A stretch of 64,000 nt of DNA. It comes from a virus (lineage: Duplodnaviria; Heunggongvirae; Uroviricota; Caudoviricetes). How positions within the stretch are numbered: position 1 is the first letter of the stretch; every line of letters begins with the position of its first letter. A program made the position numbers and the translations under genes. This document shows, one piece after another, positions 1 to 6,537 of this stretch. A model generated the notes under the pieces. That model saw only the letters and a list, made by a program, of their open reading frames with translations, was not told where the DNA came from and made no database searches. The stretch covers positions 231,003 through 295,002 of IMG/VR virus record IMGVR_UViG_3300005512_005684, one strand, 5' to 3'.

Positions 1-1
1 A

Positions 2-499
2 GTGGATAAACATCGGTACGATGTGGTCTTCCTCTACGACGTGATCGATCATCTTTTGGAGGGCGAGAGTCCGAGGTCCGTGTTGTCGGCGATTCGTGGA
101 GTGCTTGCGGATGGTGGCCGTGTGTTCGTGCGATGTCACCCGTGGTTCGCGAGACACGGCGGTCACCTTTACAGTCAGTTGAACAAAGCCTACATACACG
201 TATTTGTCCATGACCAGGATGACGTGCGAGAGTTGCTTGGTCTTCGCCCGGAGCCGGTGCGACGGTACAGTCCAGCGAGTGGAGGAAATCCGTTGACGGC
301 ATACGACGGTATGTTCCAGCAGGTGGGTTACAGGATCGTTGAAAAGCAGGTGGTGAAGTTCGACTTGGATCGGTATTTCTTGGATACATCTGAATGCCGG
401 GCGTGGTTGGCCGGTGGAAGTCTGGAATTGATCGGCTCCAGGGTGAATTTCCAGGAAACGTATTCGATTGAGTTCGTGGACTACGTTTTGGGGAGATAG
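2..499 (+). CDS. Class I SAM-dependent methyltransferase, 5'-truncated by window edge
   Basis: YDVVFLYDVIDHL...VLSAIRGVLADGGRVFV is the C-terminal half of a Rossmann MTase. Confidence 0.75.
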   Translation: MDKHRYDVVFLYDVIDHLLEGESPRSVLSAIRGVLADGGRVFVRCHPWFARHGGHLYSQLNKAYIHVFVHDQDDVRELLGLRPEPVRRYSPASGGNPLTAYDGMFQQVGYRIVEKQVVKFDLDRYFLDTSECRAWLAGGSLELIGSRVNFQETYSIEFVDYVLGR

Positions 500-1128
500 T
501 GGTGAGAGAGAAAAGACACTGGGAGAACTGGGATCAAGGTGATGTTGCTGAGAGGATTGACCGGTTCTGGGGTACTGATTCAGGAGAGTGGGCACTGCGT
601 CGTCAGTTGGCGGACGAAGTGGTGAAATTCGTTGGTGGTGATTTCCCGGTTCTGGAGGTCGGAAGTGGAAGTGGTCGGATGGCTCAAGAGTTTGTGCAGC
701 GAGGCTTCACAAAGGATACCTATGAAGGTGGGGACGTGAGCGACATGATGTTGGGTATGGCACGGTTGAGGTTGCCCGAGTTCACCTTTCGGAAGCTGGA
801 CATCTTTGCTTTGCCAGACGAGACTTTCAGTAGCGTGGTGTGCATTCACGTGCTTCAACACCTACCTGAATTTGAGACTCCGCTGCGGGAGTTACTCCGA
901 GTTGCACACAGGAAGTTGGTCGTCGTGACTTGGTTTGCTGAACAGACGGAAATCAATTTGTCTCATTGGGGTGGTGTTTCCTTTTACAACAATGCGTATC
1001 GGGAGTCCGAGCTAGTTGATTTCGTTAGAGATAATGCAGGCGATCAATCCGTCTCGGTGACGACACGAACGACGAGAACTCATGGTAAGGTTCATGGATC
1101 AATCGAGGTTGTGTTCACAGGGGTCTAG
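499..1128 (+). CDS. Class I SAM-dependent methyltransferase
   Basis: VLEVGSGSG motif I, GDVSDMML motif II, VVCIHVLQHL. Confidence 0.85.
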   Translation: MVREKRHWENWDQGDVAERIDRFWGTDSGEWALRRQLADEVVKFVGGDFPVLEVGSGSGRMAQEFVQRGFTKDTYEGGDVSDMMLGMARLRLPEFTFRKLDIFALPDETFSSVVCIHVLQHLPEFETPLRELLRVAHRKLVVVTWFAEQTEINLSHWGGVSFYNNAYRESELVDFVRDNAGDQSVSVTTRTTRTHGKVHGSIEVVFTGV

Positions 1129-1179
1129 GATGCCCGTGGTACAATTGTCAGAATCAGGGGTAATTTCGAGTCATGGAGG

Positions 1180-1376
1180 CTTTGAGAGGCCGTTAGGGGC
1201 GATTCTGGGGCGTCTGAGAGGCATTCTGCCGGGTATTTCGGCCTGGAGGGTAGGTTCTGAGGGTGAAATAGGGGTTTCTGAGGGGCTCCAGAGGTCGTTG
1301 GCGGTGTTTTGAGTCTCTGAGGCCGGGTGTGTAGCCCGGCGCTCTCCTGGGCGCTCTGAGAGCGTCTGAGAGGCCA
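1180..1376 (+). repeat. Non-coding tract with about 7-8 dispersed (T)CTGAG(A)GG-like motifs
   Basis: tttgagagg, tctgagagg, tctgaggg, tctgagggg, tctgaggc, tctgagag, tctgagagg within ~200 bp lacking a credible ORF. Confidence 0.5.
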
Positions 1377-1419
1377 GGAAATGGGTCGGTTGTGTTACTT
1401 TGTACGACAGGAGGAAGTC

Positions 1420-1911
1420 ATGGCTGAGTCAGGTTGGGATCGCACTGAGAGAAAGGTCTCGAAAGGACCGGTGAACGCCATTGTGTGCATTGCCGGGATT
1501 CTGTTCGTTGCCGTCCTCGTGTTCGGCGCGATGGGCGTGTTCTTCGGTTGGTTCGGTGAGGCCGCAAGTGTCGCTCGTGAGGAGTTCGGACCCCGTGCGG
1601 GTCTGGATAAATACGAGTGGTTCAAGCGGACCGCGGCGCAACTCTCGAAGAAAAAGGCCGACATCGCGATCTATGAGAACCGGATCAAGAGTATGGAAGA
1701 GGACTACGAGGGAACGGCTCGAAAGGATTGGGATCGTACCGATAAGCAACAGCGGAATCTCTGGCTTCAGGAGGTGGCCGGTGTCAAGGCTTCGTACAAC
1801 GCGCTGGCCGCGGAGTACAACGCTCAGAGTCAGATGTTCCACTGGGAAATGTTTGACATGACGGAAGGTGGTAAGTTGCCGAGGTCGTTTCAACAGTACG
1901 TTTCTGATTGA
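1420..1911 (+). CDS. Membrane-anchored coiled-coil hypothetical protein
   Basis: AGGAGG RBS before ATG 1420; N-terminal TM helix (IVCIAGILFVAVLVFGAMGVFFGWF) then helical region. Confidence 0.75.
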   Translation: MAESGWDRTERKVSKGPVNAIVCIAGILFVAVLVFGAMGVFFGWFGEAASVAREEFGPRAGLDKYEWFKRTAAQLSKKKADIAIYENRIKSMEEDYEGTARKDWDRTDKQQRNLWLQEVAGVKASYNALAAEYNAQSQMFHWEMFDMTEGGKLPRSFQQYVSD

Positions 1912-1968
1912 GCGGAGCACGTGACTCCGTTCACTTGTTTGTAGGTCTCTGTTTTGGAGGTTGGTTCA

Positions 1969-2517
1969 ATGCGTTTCAGTTCCAAGTTCGTTCTGTTTTC
2001 GACGGTCGTTTCGTTGGCGTTTCTGATCGGGTGCAATCCGAGTCCGCAGCCGCCCGTGTCCGCGTCCGGGGTCAAGAAATTGACCGTCAAGGTCCAAACC
2101 GGTTCCGATGGTCTGACAGCCGAACAGCGGAATATCAAGTACAAGTACGACGAGGACAACAAGCCGGGTGCGATCAAGCATCTGTACATTGTCTCCGCGT
2201 ACTCTGGGGATTGTATTCTCTACTCGACGGTGGACGGCAAGGTCACGTCAAGTGGGAAGCGTCTGAGTCCGACTACGGTCGCGGCTGGACGGTACTGCGG
2301 GATACCGGTGGTCATCGGTGGTCAAACGTACTACACGAGTGAAGTCTGCCAGGACGACGGTACATACGGCCATTCGATTCCGTACTTGATCTGGAAAGAT
2401 TCCCGCGGCTTCGGTCACCAGCATTACGTGTCGGGAGGGCAGATCATCCATATCACGACGCAACCAATGTCGTGGCCGAAGATCATCCTGAACCTCGAAA
2501 CCCAGATGGCCGAGTGA
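1969..2517 (+). CDS. Putative lipoprotein, paralog of 2550-3185
   Basis: GGAGG RBS; signal peptide ending in lipobox-like LIGC; body near-identical to next gene (TAEQRNIK, STVDGKVTSSGKRLSPTTV, CQDDGTYG). Confidence 0.8.
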   Translation: MRFSSKFVLFSTVVSLAFLIGCNPSPQPPVSASGVKKLTVKVQTGSDGLTAEQRNIKYKYDEDNKPGAIKHLYIVSAYSGDCILYSTVDGKVTSSGKRLSPTTVAAGRYCGIPVVIGGQTYYTSEVCQDDGTYGHSIPYLIWKDSRGFGHQHYVSGGQIIHITTQPMSWPKIILNLETQMAE

Positions 2518-2549
2518 CAATCGCCGCTACCTTGACTGGAGGACAAAAC

Positions 2550-3185
2550 ATGAAACGTCAAGTGAAGCGTCGAGCATTCACATGTGTCGAGTTGGTCATC
2601 GTGTTGTTCGTCTTGGGAGTTCTTGCGGCGTTGCTGCTACCAGCGTTGCGGAACCTGAAACACAAGGTGATCAAGCCGAAGCCGCCCGTGTCGGCGTTCG
2701 GTGTGAAGCAGTTGACCGTCAAGGTTCCGGTTGGAGCCGATGGTCTTACCGCGGAGCAACGGAATATCAAGTTCAAGTACGATATGGATAACAAGCCGGG
2801 GGCGATCAAGCACCTGTATGTCGTGTCGGCAGTTTCCGGTGATTGTGTCCTTTACTCGACGGTGGACGGCAAGGTCACGTCTTCGGGTAAGCGCCTGAGT
2901 CCGACCACGGTCGCGGCTGGACACGAGGAAGGGGATAAGGTCGATTACGACTGGGGTGTCTCGGTCACCATCGGTGGTGAGACGTACTACACGACCGAAG
3001 TATGCCAGGACGATGGTACGTACGGGAATTCCATCGACTACTTGCTCTGGAAGGATTCTCGTGGCATAGGCCACCAGCATTATCCGACAGATGACCAGAT
3101 CATCCACGTGTCCACGCAACCGATGTCGTGGCCGAAGATCGTGTTGAACCTGGAAACCGTTGGGGTCAGGCCGAGAGTCGAGTAG
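2550..3185 (+). CDS. Prepilin-type N-terminal cleavage/methylation signal protein, paralog of 1969-2517
   Basis: GGAGG RBS; KRRAF-TCVELVIVLFVLGVLAALLLPAL matches the type IV pilin N-terminal motif. Confidence 0.8.
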   Translation: MKRQVKRRAFTCVELVIVLFVLGVLAALLLPALRNLKHKVIKPKPPVSAFGVKQLTVKVPVGADGLTAEQRNIKFKYDMDNKPGAIKHLYVVSAVSGDCVLYSTVDGKVTSSGKRLSPTTVAAGHEEGDKVDYDWGVSVTIGGETYYTTEVCQDDGTYGNSIDYLLWKDSRGIGHQHYPTDDQIIHVSTQPMSWPKIVLNLETVGVRPRVE

Positions 3186-3237
3186 GAGCTACCAGGCTCG
3201 CCTGCGGCGTGTTGACAGAGAACCGTGCAGAATCTTG

Positions 3238-3265
3238 TTGACACGTCGCGGGTACTTGCTAAGAT
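3238..3265 (+). promoter_or_regulatory. sigma70-type promoter driving the RNA array
   Basis: TTGACA-16 bp-TAAGAT with TG extended -10, just upstream of the first RNA element. Confidence 0.7.
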
Positions 3266-3331
3266 TTCCTTCCCCACTACGGTGGAGACAGGTGAAGACA
3301 ACGAGGTCAACAACGAGGCTCATTGAAATTT

Positions 3332-3461
3332 CGGCGGAGGGACTATGGAAGTGGTTCTGAGAATAGCTCACTTCGGTAGAGCATTTGCTTTAGGGGCAAA
3401 AGGTAACCAGTTCAATTCTGGTTTCTCAACCAAACTGCCATTTTCGCTTTTCCCTGCGCCG
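3332..3461 (+). ncRNA. Clamp-RNA copy A enclosing a whole tRNA-like domain
   Basis: CGGCGGAGGGA/TCCCTGCGCCG stem, CTAT/GCTTT internal loop, GGAAGTGG/CCATTTTC stem, then TTCTGAG. Confidence 0.7.
3357..3432 (+). tRNA. Atypical tRNA: Pro-like short-variable-loop body with TAG anticodon, nested in clamp A
   Basis: D arm GCTC/GAGC, anticodon arm TTTGC-TTTAGGG-GCAAA, T arm ACCAG-TTCAATT-CTGGT, only 6-bp acceptor TGAGAA/TTCTCA, A-CCA end. Confidence 0.6.
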
Positions 3462-3472
3462 TCTTAACTTTC

Positions 3473-3552
3473 GGAAGGACTGGGGAGCAAGTCAGAGTTT
3501 AGCGATTCACAATCGTTGCCAAAACAACACCCTTGGTCTCGACTTTCCTTCC
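3473..3552 (+). ncRNA. Clamp-RNA copy B with CCA-ended hairpin cargo
   Basis: GGAAGGA/TCCTTCC stem, CTG/GACTT loop, GGGAGCAAG/CTTGGTCTC stem, TCAGAG, then TAGCGATT-CAC-AATCGTTG-CCA. Confidence 0.65.
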
Positions 3553-3766
3553 ACTTTTCGACATCTTGAATCAATCGCGACGGTGGAGTCGTTTCGCAGT
3601 TCGCCGTGTTACGCCGAGTACCGTAAGGGAAACGTGTGTTGTGTGTCTGCCCGGCGTCTCCCGTCGCTTTTGGACGCCCTGTTACGTACGGACAGGGTAA
3701 CTTCCTCTGGCTCATGTGCCCTGGTAAAGGTAACCCCTCGACGGGTATGTCGGAGGAAGTTTCTAA

Positions 3767-3844
3767 TGCGGAGTGGAGCAGCCTGGAGTGCTCGCTGGTT
3801 TCATAAGCCAGAGGCCGTGGGTTCAAATCCCACCTCCGCTACCA
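3767..3844 (+). tRNA. tRNA-Met(CAT), initiator-like
   Basis: Full cloverleaf, 1:72 mismatch, anticodon loop TTCATAA, encoded CCA. Confidence 0.9.
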
Positions 3845-3946
3845 CTGTGGTCTGTGAAGGTTCAATTCCTTCGTCCTATTCGCAGTTTGTACAGACGGTT
3901 TAGGCTTGGCGAATACATGAATCGCTAGGAAGGCATGGTGCCGCAG
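3845..3946 (+). ncRNA. YrlA-like permuted tRNA-like element (T arm, closed acceptor-like stem, D-like hairpin)
   Basis: GAAGG-TTCAATT-CCTTC T arm, TCCTA/TAGGA stem with inner hairpin, GGCA-TGG-TGCC, ends CTGT/GCAG can pair. Confidence 0.35.
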
Positions 3947-3960
3947 GTCCCTTGTTCTTT

Positions 3961-4090
3961 GAACTCTTGAGCTTCAGCGGACCCACGACGCTGTTCTCAG
4001 CTTGTCTGAGAGGGGAGAGTGGGTGTGAAAGTGAAAGTCTTATAAGAGCGTGGTGAACACGCGACCCTTAAACCGTAGCTTCAAGAGTTC
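3961..4090 (+). ncRNA. Unclassified structured RNA of about 130 nt
   Basis: Closing stem GAACTCTTGA/TCAAGAGTTC; internal ACCCAC/GTGGGT, TTCTCAG/CTGAGAG, GCGTG/CACGC. Confidence 0.5.
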
Positions 4091-4096
4091 TTTGTT

Positions 4097-4211
4097 CGAG
4101 AGAATAGACCAAGGCGGATTGGGCGCATCGACTAATATGGCCTAAGTCACCCGGTCTTCGGACAGGGAAATGCTGGTTCGATTCCAGCCGTCCCGCATGG
4201 CTGTTCTCTCG
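4097..4211 (+). ncRNA. Degenerate tRNA-like domain sealed in an outer stem
   Basis: CGAGAGAATAG/CTGTTCTCTCG outer stem; D arm GACT/AGTC; C(TTCG)G-capped anticodon-position arm; T arm GCTGG-TTCGATT-CCAGC. Confidence 0.5.
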
Positions 4212-4289
4212 GCGTTATACCGAATGGTGTAACACTGATTGGTGTAACGCGGATGTGCGTAATGCAGAACTGCGTAGAGGGTTTTTGGT

Positions 4290-4532
4290 ATGCTTCGCTC
4301 ATTCATAATCGGTGCAGTGATTCTTTGCTCGGCGATTCCCGTTCAGGTAACACTCAGGTTGCTTGGGCTTCCCCGAGACGTTGGTCTAGCCGCGGCGGTT
4401 GTCGTGGCTTTGATCGGTGCGGCGTTCCAGGTACGAGCCTTTTGGACGGCACACGTGGAACGTAGGAAGTTGGACGAGAGGATGTATGTGCAACGAAAGT
4501 TGCTGGAGTATTCGATCCGGTGTAACCCGTAA
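4290..4532 (+). CDS. Small two-TM membrane protein inside the RNA array
   Basis: Two hydrophobic segments then charged tail; 3' end overlaps tRNA-Asn. Confidence 0.55.
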   Translation: MLRSFIIGAVILCSAIPVQVTLRLLGLPRDVGLAAAVVVALIGAAFQVRAFWTAHVERRKLDERMYVQRKLLEYSIRCNP

Positions 4533-4599
4533 CTGGTAGCGGAGCGGATTGTTAATCCGTGGGTCAGTACCCCTGGAGGTTCGAGTCCTCCCGCTGGAG
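4516..4599 (+). tRNA. tRNA-Asn(GTT) with long variable arm
   Basis: TCCGGTG/CGCTGGA acceptor, GCGGA-TTGTTAA-TCCGT, variable hairpin GGGT-CAGT-ACCC, T arm GGAGG-TTCGAGT-CCTCC, G73. Confidence 0.8.
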
Positions 4600-4706
4600 T
4601 GAGACAGATGGCGCGTCCCTTAAAGAAACCTCTGGAGGATGGGACGCTTGCGAGGCCCTCGGGTGACGGGCTCCCTCCCACCGCCTTGACATCTGACAGG
4701 TATTAA

Positions 4707-4780
4707 GCGGACGTAATTCAGTGGTAGAATGAGAGGTTTCCAACCTCTTCGCCTGAGTTCGATTCTCAGTGTCCGCTCCA
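4707..4780 (+). tRNA. tRNA-Gly(TCC)
   Basis: GCGGACG/TGTCCGC, AGAGG-TTTCCAA-CCTCT, U73, CCA. Confidence 0.93.
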
Positions 4781-4889
4781 GGAGTTTCGCCGTTTTAGGG
4801 CGGTTAAGCTGATCGTCTGAGGTCGTGTAGTCCCGTGCGACTCCGCCCGAAGGGAACGAGGGTACCTAGGAGGGAGAACGGGAACTTAT

Positions 4890-4965
4890 GGGGAGGCATG
4901 TTCCAAGGGGGCGACTGACCCTTGCAAGGTCGGTGTGGTGGATTCGATTTCCACCCTCTCCACCA
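4890..4965 (+). tRNA. tRNA-Ala(TGC)
   Basis: G3:U70 pair in GGGGAGG/CCTCTCC, loop CTTGCAA, A73-CCA. Confidence 0.88.
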
Positions 4966-4986
4966 AGGATTAGTTGTTAGTCGTTA

Positions 4987-5001
4987 GCTCTTTGAAAATT
5001 T
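4987..5001 (+). promoter_or_regulatory. boxA-like antitermination element
   Basis: GCTCTTTGAAAATTT resembles rrn boxA (TGCTCTTTAACA / GTTCTTTGAAAA). Confidence 0.6.
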
Positions 5002-5326
5002 CGGTCGGTCTCTTGCCTGTGGCTCGAAATGCCACTACCGTTCGTGGTAAGGCAACGCGTGGTAGGGTGAGTGTTACGTGGGTACAGAGAGTAAGGAAGC
5101 GTAATGTTGCTGCGGTTCGATGCCGTAAAGAACACTCAGGTGTCGTTTCGCGGTGAAGGTGCGAATTACATTGAAAAATCAAGTTGAACGGCGCACCTTG
5201 GAGGTAGAGTCCTCCCACAACGTTGACGGCGGTCGGCCAACCGTCACGAGTTGTGTGACAGAACAACGCGACTATACTTGAAGTTGAGAGAGGGTGACTC
5301 CTTTCTCCGGGTAAGAACAGACCGAA
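5000..5326 (+). ncRNA. Large unclassified structured RNA of about 325 nt
   Basis: Ends pair (TTCGGTC/GACCGAA and TCTTGCCTG/CGGGTAAGA); three T-loop-like hairpins and several multibranch stems inside. Confidence 0.6.
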
Positions 5327-5327
5327 T

Positions 5328-5387
5328 GGATTCCTGCACCTCTAGCGTGGTCGCTCTTTTGGAGTTCGATTCTCCGGTAGGGGTCCA
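5328..5387 (+). ncRNA. tRNA-like minihelix lacking an anticodon arm
   Basis: TTCCTGC/GTAGGGG acceptor-like stem, AGCG-TGGT-CGCT hairpin, TGGAG-TTCGATT-CTCCG T arm, ends T-CCA. Confidence 0.45.
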
Positions 5388-5530
5388 GCGTTGGTAACAC
5401 AGCGACAACCGAAAGCATCGGACTCGTTGTGTCAGTAGATGGTCGAGGGAAGAAAGGAATGATGATTGTACGATACTACCGGAAGCCCCGGACCTCGTGC
5501 ATAGTTCCCGGAATGAATCGACCATACCAA

Positions 5531-5544
5531 TGCTCTTTGAAAAC
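5531..5544 (+). promoter_or_regulatory. boxA-like antitermination element
   Basis: TGCTCTTTGAAAAC. Confidence 0.65.
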
Positions 5545-5835
5545 ACGGGCGTAGGCGAATCGGTAAACGCCGTCTCATGACTGGGTGAGACGTAAAGGGT
5601 TGCTTCCGACTGGCCGCATTATTGGTCGGTCGTCACAAAGTGAAACCCACAATGTTCCAGGTCAAGGTTGGGCCTGGAAAGGGGAGTGTTAAGTAACACA
5701 TCCTCTTCGTTGCCTTATACCCAGGTGAGTGAGTGGGAAAGTCGTGGCCAAAGTGCACAATGACTGCGACACGAAGCTCGCTTTAGCGACGAGGCAATAA
5801 ACGTGTTACAGTTGGTTCGACTCCAACCGCCCGTG
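5545..5835 (+). ncRNA. tRNA-framed RNA with ~220-nt structured insertion at the variable-arm position
   Basis: ACGGGCG/CGCCCGT acceptor, GGCG-AATCGGTAAA-CGCC D arm, GTCTCA/TGAGAC arm with non-canonical loop, GTTGG-TTCGACT-CCAAC T arm 220 nt later. Confidence 0.7.
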
Positions 5836-5850
5836 TGAGCTTGAAAATAC

Positions 5851-5923
5851 GAAGGGACTTGGGTGTAAGTCATAGACCCAATGTTTAACTGGTAACACTA
5901 ACCTTGTGCCCGCTTTTCCCTTC
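5851..5923 (+). ncRNA. Clamp-RNA copy C with isolated D-arm cargo
   Basis: GAAGGGA/TCCCTTC, CTT/GCTTT loop, GGGTGTAAG/CTTGTGCCC, TCATAG, cargo TGTT-TAACTGGT-AACA. Confidence 0.7.
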
Positions 5924-5989
5924 AATTGAAATCAAACAGGAGTGGTGCAATGGGACTTTCCAGGTTTAGTAGCTCGGCAATTTTGTCGA

Positions 5990-6068
5990 GCAGGTGTAGC
6001 TCAGTTACGGTAAGAGCACCGGTTTGAAACGCCGGGTGTCGTCGGTTCAACTTCGACCACCTGCACCA
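5990..6068 (+). tRNA. tRNA-Phe(GAA)
   Basis: GCAGGTG/CACCTGC, CCGGT-TTGAAAC-GCCGG, A73-CCA. Confidence 0.92.
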
Positions 6069-6246
6069 TTTGACAGAGCACAGGTTCGAGTCCTGTAGGA
6101 CGTATAATGGTAAAGAAAAAGAAAGAACCAAGTGAGACGGAACTGCTCCGTGCCTTGTGTGAAGCGAGTAATATCAAGGTGACTTCAAAGATGACAAAAT
6201 TTGACATGAGAGTTGCTTTGAGTGTTTCACATTCGACTTTTTGTTA

Positions 6247-6388
6247 GTTCCGTTTTCTGGGGGCGCACCGTGGCTATGAACGGAAAGAGGTTCTCAGAAA
6301 CACGATAGCGGCGCGCGCAACCTATCGGACGCTATGAGGGCTTATCCGGGGGTCATGCTCCCTTGAGTGCCCCGCCAAAAGACGGAAC
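6247..6388 (+). ncRNA. Unclassified structured RNA of about 140 nt
   Basis: GTTCCGTTTT/AAGACGGAAC and GGGGCGC/GTGCCCC closing stems; contains CTATG...AGAGGTTCTCAGAA resembling the clamp 5' arm. Confidence 0.5.
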
Positions 6389-6390
6389 AC

Positions 6391-6404
6391 TGATCTTTGA
6401 CATT
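6391..6404 (+). promoter_or_regulatory. boxA-like element
   Basis: TGATCTTTGACATT. Confidence 0.5.
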
Positions 6405-6413
6405 CCCTAACGC

Positions 6414-6524
6414 TCCCACCTCGTTGGCCCCAGGTTTACACCGACCTGGGGTAATGGTACCGGCTCTTGGGACCCTACCAAAACAACAATCCCAAGAGTC
6501 GGTGCCTACAACTTTGGACGGGAG
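6414..6524 (+). ncRNA. Two-hairpin RNA with a CA-rich exposed loop
   Basis: GCCCCAGGTT/GACCTGGGGT hairpin; 17-bp stem 6456-6472/6490-6506 with loop CCCTACCAAAACAACAA. Confidence 0.5.
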
Positions 6525-6537
6525 ACAGACATCGAAT

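Noticed and set aside
5010-5387. tmRNA
   Set aside because: Size and terminal T arm plus CCA fit, but there is no G3:U70 alanine acceptor, no A discriminator and no tag ORF ending in Ala-Ala-stop.
5572-5810. Group I intron in a tRNA-Leu anticodon
   Set aside because: The anticodon-position stem closes before the insert, no 3' anticodon exon precedes the T arm, and I could not identify P7 core motifs.
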